A stretch of DNA of 32,000 bases, taken from assembly GCF_000145295.1 (NCBI RefSeq), contig NC_014408.1, forward strand, positions 480,001 to 512,000. Direction: 5' to 3'. Source of the DNA: Methanothermobacter marburgensis str. Marburg (GTDB lineage: Archaea; Methanobacteriota; Methanobacteria; Methanobacteriales; Methanothermobacteraceae). A program made the translations under genes and the position numbers. Of the stretch, positions 19,872-27,068 are shown one piece after another. The notes below the pieces were generated by a model. That model did no database searches. It saw only the letters and a program-made list of their open reading frames with translations, and had not been told where the DNA came from. Positions within the stretch are counted from its first letter, which is position 1. Each line of letters starts with the position of its first letter.

Positions 19872-22193
19872 TCACTTTCCAGCTCCGCCCCTCACGAAAC
19901 CGAAGGCCACGAGGCCAGCGGCCACAAGGACACCCACGATACCATAAACGTACCATGAGGAGTCAGCGCCGCCAGAAGTGGAGGTTGCGTTTGTAACCTC
20001 ATAGGCCCTCTTAGCCTCCATGGGAGAATCCTCTGAAACCTCAGATGCCGCATTCACATCAGCCGGCGAAGCAGTATGCTCAGCACCCGGCGTGTAATCT
20101 GCATGGCCTGCGGTACCATGGGAACCTGAGGGTAAACCCCCGGTTGAACCACCTGTGGAGCCGCCTGGAATGCCGGGTACTCCTCCCTGGTTTCCGTTCT
20201 GGCTTCCGCCATTGTTCACCGGGATGAGGTCTTCACGTGTCCTGTTTGCTGGGATGCTGAATATGTACTGGAGCGCATTCATGGACCCTGTACCCCCTGA
20301 GAGGAGTATGTTGAGTTCTTCCCTGTTTATGAATCGCTCAGCCGCTTTACTGACCGTCGGCAGGGCTATCAGGTTAGGTGATGAGTAGTCGTGCTTGTAG
20401 AGCCTGATATATTCCTCGTACATGTTGGATCCGGCTGCGAAGCGTGGGCCCTGCCAGGTGATTATTGCAACCCTTCCTGTGTTGGTCTTCTCATCCCATA
20501 CCACTATGTAGCCCACCATTCCATTCATACCGCCCTCTGTCTCGAGCCTTGTCTCCTCAGTTGTCAGCCTCTGGTTGGAGTAGGTTCCCTGTCCAGCTGA
20601 AACCCCCAGGAGCATGAAGAGGATGTCATCCTTACAGTTGTCCAGTGTTGTAACGTAGATGTACTTCTCGTTCTCACCCCGGGGATAATTCTGGAATATG
20701 TAGTCTGCTATGAGGTAACCGGGTGAGCTTCCACCACAGACATGGTTGTGGAAGAGCCAGCCCATTAGCACGTCGAATGGCGGATCATAGGGGAGTACCT
20801 CCTGGATTATGTAATTCGCTGAACTCTGAACAGTGAATGTTCCTGTTGTGAGGTTGTAGTACATTGACCTGATTATCTTCTGGGTCCCGTTGATTAGGCA
20901 GAAGTCGAACTTCAGCTGACCCCAGAGCGGTGCATGGACAGGCAGGAGTGTCTTTCTGCTTAACCTTGATCCCAGCACATCGAATATTCCATCCCATACA
21001 GCGCCTGTGTCCTGGCCGTTGATCCTCACATAACCTGCGGATGTCAGCACGAAAAGGTGGTAGTCATCCTTCTCAAGGTTTATACCCATTGCCCTGAAGA
21101 GCTCCACGGCCTTCTCGGCTGCAAGGCGCCCGATGTTTTTGAGGTCACCGTAGGTGAGGTTTCCTGTAATGTATGTCCTGTTTGCCGGTGTTGCATTCAC
21201 AAGGTTTGTCTGGTTCAGTATGTAGTTGAGGTCGAGTCCGGCTGCACTGATGGTTGTGTTACCCTTGGTGGGTTCATATCCCATGATATAGTTGACCTGG
21301 TCCTGTGTGAGGTTGTCGAATGCGTAGAGGATCTTCACAAGTGATTCGGGACTTGTTGTGAGTTTTTTAACTGCCCATGCATTGAACTTGAGTTCAGAGA
21401 CCGCCGTGGCTTTTGTTTCCTGTTTGTATTTGTTTATCAGTTCCTGCTGACTGTAGGCCATTATTATGAGGGTTCCTGTCTTTGTCTTTGAGTTCCACCT
21501 GATGAATCCAACAATATTGGTGTCCGCCGTTGTGTTGAAACCAACGTAGGCCCTCTTACCTGGTGTTGCGTCCATGGCGTATATGAATACGTCATCGTCT
21601 GATCCACCGGGCACACCAACAACCTGGTAACTGACACCCTCCAGTGGAAGTCCGAATTCATTGGTTGCAGGGTAGTATTTTAGGAGTGTCTCTATCATTG
21701 CGTATCCGCTGATGGTACCGAGGCAGACGTGTCCATGGAATGCCGCCTCCCTGAGTATGTCAGGTGATAGTCCTATTGCCCATGCGTTTGCAAGGCTTGC
21801 TATGGGGAATGTGTCGCTTCCGAGTTTTTTCTGGAGTGCCTGGTACTGTGTGAGTGTCATGTTCTGTGACACGGTTCCAACGTAGAGTGGTGTCATGCTG
21901 GCGTTTTTGAAGTATGCCACTATGAGGTCGTTTCCCTTCCTTACGATGAATGCGAAGTCCAGGGGGTCGAGGCGTGTTTTTCTGAGCATCAGAAGGTTAC
22001 CCTTCCCGTAGCTCACTCTACCGCGGGCCTGGTTGAGTATGCCCTCAAGGACATCCTCTGATGTCTGGTTCCTGTAGTATGCTGTTCCGGCTGTTGTTAT
22101 AACCAGGACATCACCTGTTTTTGTTAAGTTCAGTATCTTGTCAGCCTTCCTGGTGATCTCCCTTCCCAGTCTGTAGGCGTCTGTGGCGTTCAT
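19872..22193 (-). CDS. large C-terminally anchored protein with two FmdE-like modules, sequon-rich (putative surface glycoprotein)
   Basis: FHGHVCLGTISGYAM and FHNHVCGGSSPGYLI resemble the FmdE-family HGHxCPG motif, and each is followed by a D-rich/GK beta segment. There are 16 NxS/T sequons, a Gly/Ser/Thr linker and a C-terminal TM (WYVYGIVGVLVAAGLVAFGFV) with an RGGAGK tail. The frame stays open upstream to 22463 without any start codon. Confidence 0.55.
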   Translation of the reverse strand: MNATDAYRLGREITRKADKILNLTKTGDVLVITTAGTAYYRNQTSEDVLEGILNQARGRVSYGKGNLLMLRKTRLDPLDFAFIVRKGNDLIVAYFKNASMTPLYVGTVSQNMTLTQYQALQKKLGSDTFPIASLANAWAIGLSPDILREAAFHGHVCLGTISGYAMIETLLKYYPATNEFGLPLEGVSYQVVGVPGGSDDDVFIYAMDATPGKRAYVGFNTTADTNIVGFIRWNSKTKTGTLIIMAYSQQELINKYKQETKATAVSELKFNAWAVKKLTTSPESLVKILYAFDNLTQDQVNYIMGYEPTKGNTTISAAGLDLNYILNQTNLVNATPANRTYITGNLTYGDLKNIGRLAAEKAVELFRAMGINLEKDDYHLFVLTSAGYVRINGQDTGAVWDGIFDVLGSRLSRKTLLPVHAPLWGQLKFDFCLINGTQKIIRSMYYNLTTGTFTVQSSANYIIQEVLPYDPPFDVLMGWLFHNHVCGGSSPGYLIADYIFQNYPRGENEKYIYVTTLDNCKDDILFMLLGVSAGQGTYSNQRLTTEETRLETEGGMNGMVGYIVVWDEKTNTGRVAIITWQGPRFAAGSNMYEEYIRLYKHDYSSPNLIALPTVSKAAERFINREELNILLSGGTGSMNALQYIFSIPANRTREDLIPVNNGGSQNGNQGGVPGIPGGSTGGSTGGLPSGSHGTAGHADYTPGAEHTASPADVNAASEVSEDSPMEAKRAYEVTNATSTSGGADSSWYVYGIVGVLVAAGLVAFGFVRGGAGK

Positions 22194-22477
22194 CCTGAGG
22201 GAGAGGTAAGCAGCGTATTTTGTCCCGTAGTCTGTGAGCTGGAATGTGTGTGAGAGTTCCCTGTAACCGGGGGCCCTGACCTTTATGGTGAACCGTGTGG
22301 TGTTTGTGATGTTCCCGTAGGTGAAGAGGATCTTTGTTATGTTGGCTGCCGGGTCAAAGGTCCTTGTGAAGTTGATCCTTGTTCCGTTTTCGTCTGTGAC
22401 TTCCTGTATGTCAGGGTTTATCTGGCTGTTGTCGTCGGCATACTCGTATAAATGAATTTGTGATTATTGTCACAAAA

Positions 22478-22996
22478 TCAGGTTGATGTGTAGATGAGGG
22501 TTGTTGAGTATGTGCCTGGATCCGTGTATGTAGGCACAGTTATGTAAAGGCTGAGTGGAACACTTGAGGATCCTATAAATCCAGAATATGTCATTATGAC
22601 CTGGTTGGAGGTTGTAAATGGCCTCTTGCTTAGGCTTGGTGTGCTGAACTTAAAATTGGAGAGGGGTATCGTGAGTGAACTGTTGGCTGTATTTACAAGG
22701 TTGCCTGATGCCCTTACAGAGAGGGTATCACCACCGGCGATTATGTAGTTTACAGTTGCTGTTACAGCGTCGGGGTAGCTCCTCTCAATCCCATCAGGGG
22801 GTACCGTTCCAAGGCTGATGGTGGATGGCTCAACGGTTACTGATGACCACAGTGAAAGTGGCTGCACCACACCCCCACGGGGAGTTGAAGTGTTATTCAC
22901 TGATGAATTGTTTCCAGTCTCATTGACCGCAGCTGCAGTGAAGACACCCATAACCAGCAAGAATAATACCATAACCGGAATCAGCGCTTTTCTCAT
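22478..22996 (-). CDS. secreted beta-rich protein of unknown function
   Basis: Signal peptide MRKALIPVMVLFLLVMGVFTAAAV, several sequons, and the C-terminal strand DPGTYSTTLIYTST. This is reminiscent of the terminal G-T-Y-x-x-T-L-x-x-T strand of WxL / spore-coat-U-like surface domains. A TATA-like box lies upstream at about 23020-23050. Confidence 0.6.
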   Translation of the reverse strand: MRKALIPVMVLFLLVMGVFTAAAVNETGNNSSVNNTSTPRGGVVQPLSLWSSVTVEPSTISLGTVPPDGIERSYPDAVTATVNYIIAGGDTLSVRASGNLVNTANSSLTIPLSNFKFSTPSLSKRPFTTSNQVIMTYSGFIGSSSVPLSLYITVPTYTDPGTYSTTLIYTST

Positions 22997-23120
22997 AAGA
23001 TCCCCAACCTACTGTCAATATAAAAGGCGCAGCATTTATATATTTTTTGATTTTAATCTCAGAGGAGTACATCTGATGGAGCATCGCCTGTTCAGATGTT
23101 TTCCAGGATCATCGTTTTCC

Positions 23121-23804
23121 TTAGATGTGGTCCAGGACCATCCTTCTCCTCTTATGCCTCCGGAAGTCCAGTGATGTTGAGACACTGCTGAGGTACTTCC
23201 TGCTTATCTCCGCAGCCCTCACTATTTCATCATCCCTGGGCCGCCGGGCACCCAGGCTGTTGTTGTAGCCAACATAACCGGTTATGCGGTAGGGAACGTC
23301 CCACTCTGAGAGGAACTCCGCGATTTTTTCAATCTCATCAACATCCACGATTCCAGGGATGAGGACAGTTGAGACCTCCAGTTTACCTGAACCTGTGAGT
23401 TCCTCTATACACTCAAGGACAGACCTGTTTGATCTTCCTGTGAGCTGCAGGTGTTTCTCATCATCGAGTGCCTTGAGGTCAACGTGGACCTCGTGGAATG
23501 TACTCTTCCTCAGGATTTCCCACCGTGTGCCGTTGGTTGAGATGGTCACATGGAGGTCCCTGCTGAGGGCCTCTGTGAATTCAGGCAGGTCCCTCTGCAG
23601 TGTGGGCTCACCACCGGCTATGAGCACACTGTCTATACCCTCCTCTGAACTGATCCTCAGGACCCGGTCTGCTATCCTCTCCGCATCATACTCCCTGCAG
23701 TTTCGTGGGGTGAAGAAGCAGTACCTGCACCTGAGGTTGCAGGTGGGTGTGAGCACGGTTATGATGTCACTTACGGATATGTGTGATAGCTGGATATGTT
23801 TCAC
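23121..23804 (-). CDS. radical SAM protein, small activase-like (PflA/NrdG-like size)
   Basis: CNLRCRYC (CxxxCxxC) near the N-terminus, a GGEPTLQ SAM-binding motif and TNG. 227 aa with no SPASM-like C-terminal Cys cluster. The GTG start is uncertain. Confidence 0.8.
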   Translation of the reverse strand: MKHIQLSHISVSDIITVLTPTCNLRCRYCFFTPRNCREYDAERIADRVLRISSEEGIDSVLIAGGEPTLQRDLPEFTEALSRDLHVTISTNGTRWEILRKSTFHEVHVDLKALDDEKHLQLTGRSNRSVLECIEELTGSGKLEVSTVLIPGIVDVDEIEKIAEFLSEWDVPYRITGYVGYNNSLGARRPRDDEIVRAAEISRKYLSSVSTSLDFRRHKRRRMVLDHI

Positions 23805-23845
23805 CTCGGAGGTATACTATGATGTCACTTACAGACATCTCTGAT
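23760..23845 (+). repeat. 28-nt direct repeat duplicating the 5' end of the radical SAM gene 58 nt upstream
   Basis: tatgatgtcacttacGgaTatGtGtgat (23760-23787) versus tatgatgtcacttacAgaCatCtCtgat (23818-23845). Weaker similarity continues about 25 nt further. Confidence 0.7.
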
Positions 23846-23976
23846 GTACAAATAAATTTCAACTCAAATTCATGGTTTATTGCTGTTGTGGTATATATGT
23901 GGCGGTCCAGATCCTGCATTTCTGCTCATCTTTCCACACCAGGGAACCAACTTCATTATACATCTATATTACGAAG

Positions 23977-24282
23977 TTACCTTTCTCTGACACAGAAGTA
24001 CTCAGATACCTCATCCTCAGATAACCTGTGCTCACGCCAGACCTCACACCCACTGCAGAGGCATTCCTCATGGGGATCTATATCCCTGCAAATGGCTTTA
24101 CCTGTGGAACAGTAGACCCCTGGAACCCTGTCGGTGTCCATGCGCATGGCACTGTCAAGGTCCTGCTGGGTTATGAGGAGCATTATCTTCTTCTTATCTG
24201 CCACGCACTGACTCCTGCTCTGCACGGGACACTCAAGGCAGAGGCACCTTCTGATGTTTTCCATACTGAAGTCAACCTGCAT
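23977..24282 (-). CDS. Cys-rich small protein, DUF2769-like
   Basis: 101 aa with two CxCxxC modules (CLCLECPV...C and CLCSGCEV...YFC). This matches my recollection of the DUF2769 pattern. Not verified by search. Confidence 0.6.
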   Translation of the reverse strand: MQVDFSMENIRRCLCLECPVQSRSQCVADKKKIMLLITQQDLDSAMRMDTDRVPGVYCSTGKAICRDIDPHEECLCSGCEVWREHRLSEDEVSEYFCVRER

Positions 24283-24507
24283 GCCATCACCGTAACGGTA
24301 TATGTGTCTGCTACCACTTCATATTTACCCCAACTCCAAAAATTTTAATTAATAATCATTATAAACTGAAATTTTTTCAGAGAACAACATTTATTTAAAA
24401 CTTTTGTCTTGTAACTTTTAGAAAGTGATATTAATGAAGGTGATCTATTTAATGAATGTGGTCAAACGGGGACTGATCCGGGAGACCTTTCTACCGAAGG
24501 TGATCTA

Positions 24508-26007
24508 ATGGCTGAGTTATATGAGAAAATGGTAAAAGAGGCCATGATGGCCCAGAAAGCCGATGTGGAAACCATAAAAAAGAACAGGGGAAAGGAGTTT
24601 AAAATAAAGGATACAAAGGCCTACCTGGACGTTGTGCAGGACATGAAGGCTGTCGGAGAACAGAGCGAGGCGGTGATAAACCTGCACAAGGACTCAGTGA
24701 AGGCCCACTATGAGATACTTGACAGCCTTACAGACACCATAAGACCAGAGGATGACCCCTTCGTTGAACACTACCAGACACCCGTGGTCCTGGAGATACT
24801 GAGGGACGAGGACAGTGAATTTGAGAAGAGCCTTGAGGCATTCATAGATGCAATAGGAAGGGCAGAGGCCCTCATAGGAAGGGAGGCAATAAGAAGGTAT
24901 GGAGGATTCTATGGACCAACCTGTGTGGTTGACTTCGCCCTCATGCCAGGAAGCACAAGCAACGTGGTGAACAGGATCCTCACTGAAACAGACATACCCG
25001 AGATGCACAAACAGGCGATCCTCTCAGCAAAGTCATGGGGTATGAACACCTCCTATGGTATTGGAGAGGTATTCGCAAATGAGATCGAAAACGGGGCAAC
25101 CGCTGCAGAGGCGGCAGAGAAGGAAATAGAGATGGTGAAATACATCTACCAGGAACCTGTTGAGGCACAGGCAAAACTCATGGACGATCATGGACACGAG
25201 TCCTTCGATGTGAGGGAGTACATGTCCCGCTACAGGAAGGAGATGGAGGGGACGGTGAAGGCCGCCATTGATGATGGGGTGCACTACGGCAACATACTCA
25301 CGGTACCGGCGTACTGCGTCGGTGACATATCACACCACATAGCCCAGTCCACCTACAACATGTGCAAGGATGATGTGGTGATGGCCATAATCGAGGCAAC
25401 AACAGGGGTTATGGAAAGCACACTTAACAGTGCAGTCAGCTCATTTAAGAGCGAATATGATGTGCTGAGCCTTGCAACAGGTTCATCTGCATGTGCAGTT
25501 GAGTACATACTTGAACTCGACGGATTCAATGCAATCGGTGTTGTTGACCTCCTCACCAAGAGGTTCCACAACTATGTCCAGTTATACCCCACAAGGGGGG
25601 CTGCAGCAGAGCTCCACAACAGTGACTTCATGGACATGATATACCGTGGATGGACCCACCTGGATGAGGCAAGGAGGATGCTAAACGGAGCAGAGGGCCC
25701 ACTTGAGCCAATGGTCGCTGGACATAAGGTTGACCTCTCACCGATACATGAAAACGAGGTTATAATGAACCCGCAGCGCTACACATACCCTGCCTGTGCA
25801 ATAACCGTGAGGTTCTCAGCCCTCATGAGACTTGCCGATTACCCATGCCTCCTTACAAGTGAACCTGTAACAGCAACCCTCATGACCAACATAATCGCAC
25901 TCCATAAGGAGAGCGCAGCATCACCTGCAAGGACCTGTAAGAACTGTGCAGCGGCAGCACTTGTGGACTTCAGGCACAACCACTGCCAGTGGAGAGAGGC
26001 TGTATAG
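24508..26007 (+). CDS. conserved archaeal/methanogen protein of unknown function (about 500 aa, possibly DUF2193 family)
   Basis: 499-aa ORF with a strong GGTGAT RBS and protein-like composition. C-terminal CKNC...HNHC putative metal site. The family name is from memory only. Confidence 0.6.
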   Translation: MAELYEKMVKEAMMAQKADVETIKKNRGKEFKIKDTKAYLDVVQDMKAVGEQSEAVINLHKDSVKAHYEILDSLTDTIRPEDDPFVEHYQTPVVLEILRDEDSEFEKSLEAFIDAIGRAEALIGREAIRRYGGFYGPTCVVDFALMPGSTSNVVNRILTETDIPEMHKQAILSAKSWGMNTSYGIGEVFANEIENGATAAEAAEKEIEMVKYIYQEPVEAQAKLMDDHGHESFDVREYMSRYRKEMEGTVKAAIDDGVHYGNILTVPAYCVGDISHHIAQSTYNMCKDDVVMAIIEATTGVMESTLNSAVSSFKSEYDVLSLATGSSACAVEYILELDGFNAIGVVDLLTKRFHNYVQLYPTRGAAAELHNSDFMDMIYRGWTHLDEARRMLNGAEGPLEPMVAGHKVDLSPIHENEVIMNPQRYTYPACAITVRFSALMRLADYPCLLTSEPVTATLMTNIIALHKESAASPARTCKNCAAAALVDFRHNHCQWREAV

Positions 26008-26038
26008 CCTTAAAACACTTCTTTTTTCGGGTGATGGT

Positions 26039-26248
26039 ATGAAATGCTATGTATGTGCAGAGCAGGGAAAGGATACCGATGCTGTGGCCATATGCATTGT
26101 CTGCGGTATGGGCCTCTGCACAGAACACGCAATACGTGAGGAAACAGAGGTATGGAGTGGCGGCTACCCCTTCCCGGCAGAGAAGGTTCAGGGCACCCTG
26201 CCAAGGATACTCTGCCCCTACTGCTACAACCTCATGAAGGAGGACTAG
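26039..26248 (+). CDS. small zinc-finger protein with B-box-like cysteine spacing (possibly DUF2180 family)
   Basis: ATG 26039, 69 aa, with CYVC-x11-CIVC-x4-C-x2-H...CPYC. The upstream part of the track ORF overlaps the preceding gene and is rejected. Confidence 0.65.
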   Translation: MKCYVCAEQGKDTDAVAICIVCGMGLCTEHAIREETEVWSGGYPFPAEKVQGTLPRILCPYCYNLMKED

Positions 26249-26249
26249 C

Positions 26250-26990
26250 ATGGTATCCCTTACAAAAAGGTGCATCGCCGAGTTTATAGGGACCTTCATT
26301 CTTGTGTTTTTTGGGGCGGGGTCAGCCGCGGTGACACTGATGATAGCATCTGGTGGTACATCCCCCAACCCATTCAATATTGGAATAGGGCTCCTTGGGG
26401 GACTCGGGGACTGGGTTGCAATAGGTCTCGCCTTTGGTTTTGCAATAGCTGCCAGCATATATGCCCTGGGAAACATCTCGGGCTGCCACATAAACCCGGC
26501 AGTTACCATAGGGTTATGGTCTGTTAAGAAGTTCCCTGGACGTGAAGTCGTACCCTACATCATTGCACAGCTCCTTGGAGCTGCATTCGGGAGCTTCATA
26601 TTCCTCCAGTGTGCTGGTATAGGAGCGGCCACCGTTGGTGGGCTGGGGGCAACAGCACCATTTCCTGGGATCAGCTACTGGCAGGCAATGCTTGCAGAGG
26701 TGGTTGGTACATTCCTCCTCATGATCACAATAATGGGTATTGCAGTTGATGAGAGGGCCCCTAAGGGATTCGCAGGGATCATAATTGGTCTCACGGTTGC
26801 CGGTATAATCACAACACTGGGTAACATAAGTGGAAGTTCACTGAACCCGGCACGTACCTTTGGCCCCTACCTCAATGACATGATCTTTGCAGGCACTAAC
26901 CTCTGGAACTACTACCCCATCTACGTCATAGGGCCCATTGTGGGGGCGGTTCTTGCAGCACTCACCTACCAGTATCTCACATCGGAATAA
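26250..26990 (+). CDS. aqpM: aquaporin AqpM
   Basis: 246 aa, six TM segments, two NPA boxes (HINPAVT, SLNPART). The sequence matches my memory of Methanothermobacter AqpM. The start is 1 nt after the preceding stop. Confidence 0.95.
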   Translation: MVSLTKRCIAEFIGTFILVFFGAGSAAVTLMIASGGTSPNPFNIGIGLLGGLGDWVAIGLAFGFAIAASIYALGNISGCHINPAVTIGLWSVKKFPGREVVPYIIAQLLGAAFGSFIFLQCAGIGAATVGGLGATAPFPGISYWQAMLAEVVGTFLLMITIMGIAVDERAPKGFAGIIIGLTVAGIITTLGNISGSSLNPARTFGPYLNDMIFAGTNLWNYYPIYVIGPIVGAVLAALTYQYLTSE

Positions 26991-27003
26991 CCCAAACTTT
27001 TAA

Positions 27004-27010
27004 TTTTTTT
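27004..27010 (+). terminator. oligo-T tract after aqpM
   Basis: A T7 run 14 nt after the aqpM stop. A second run, aaaaaactttttt, at about 27042-27054 could serve both convergent genes. Confidence 0.35.
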
Positions 27011-27068
27011 AGTAGCAGTAATCACGCGTATATGGTTTCTAAAAAACTTTTTTGATTAATAGAATTAC

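Noticed and set aside
22441-22996. Fusion of the 172-aa secreted ORF with the large FmdE-like ORF by frameshift or readthrough, which would supply the missing signal peptide
   Set aside because: The 172-aa protein ends with what looks like a complete terminal beta-strand motif. The two frames differ and are each closed by stops (TGA 22478-22480, TAA 22464-22466). No slippery sequence is evident.
8994-23804. MEMO-like gene (8994) plus radical SAM gene (23121) as an AmmeMemoRadiSam system
   Set aside because: The genes are 13 kb apart on opposite strands, no AMMECR1 gene is present, and the radical SAM protein (227 aa) is shorter than the AmmeMemoRadiSam-type enzyme as I recall it.
23783-24115. 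110-aa plus-strand ORF with an apparently perfect GGAGGT-N5-ATG (ATG 23819)
   Set aside because: Most of it runs antisense through the DUF2769-like gene. The RBS/ATG arise from the duplicated radical SAM 5' segment, and the translation has no protein-like features beyond one hydrophobic stretch. A very short peptide cannot be excluded.
24900-24975. GFYGPTCVVDFALMPGSTSN segment of the 499-aa protein resembling the GFYGYDLQDQCG region of methyl-coenzyme M reductase alpha
   Set aside because: The similarity is limited to a few residues recalled from memory, and nothing else in the protein resembles McrA. I treat it as coincidence unless an HMM comparison says otherwise.
25970-26509. 179-aa minus-strand ORF spanning the zinc-finger gene and the aqpM 5' end
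   Set aside because: It is antisense to two genes with strong protein signatures (B-box-like Cys pattern, NPA aquaporin) and has no supporting signals.
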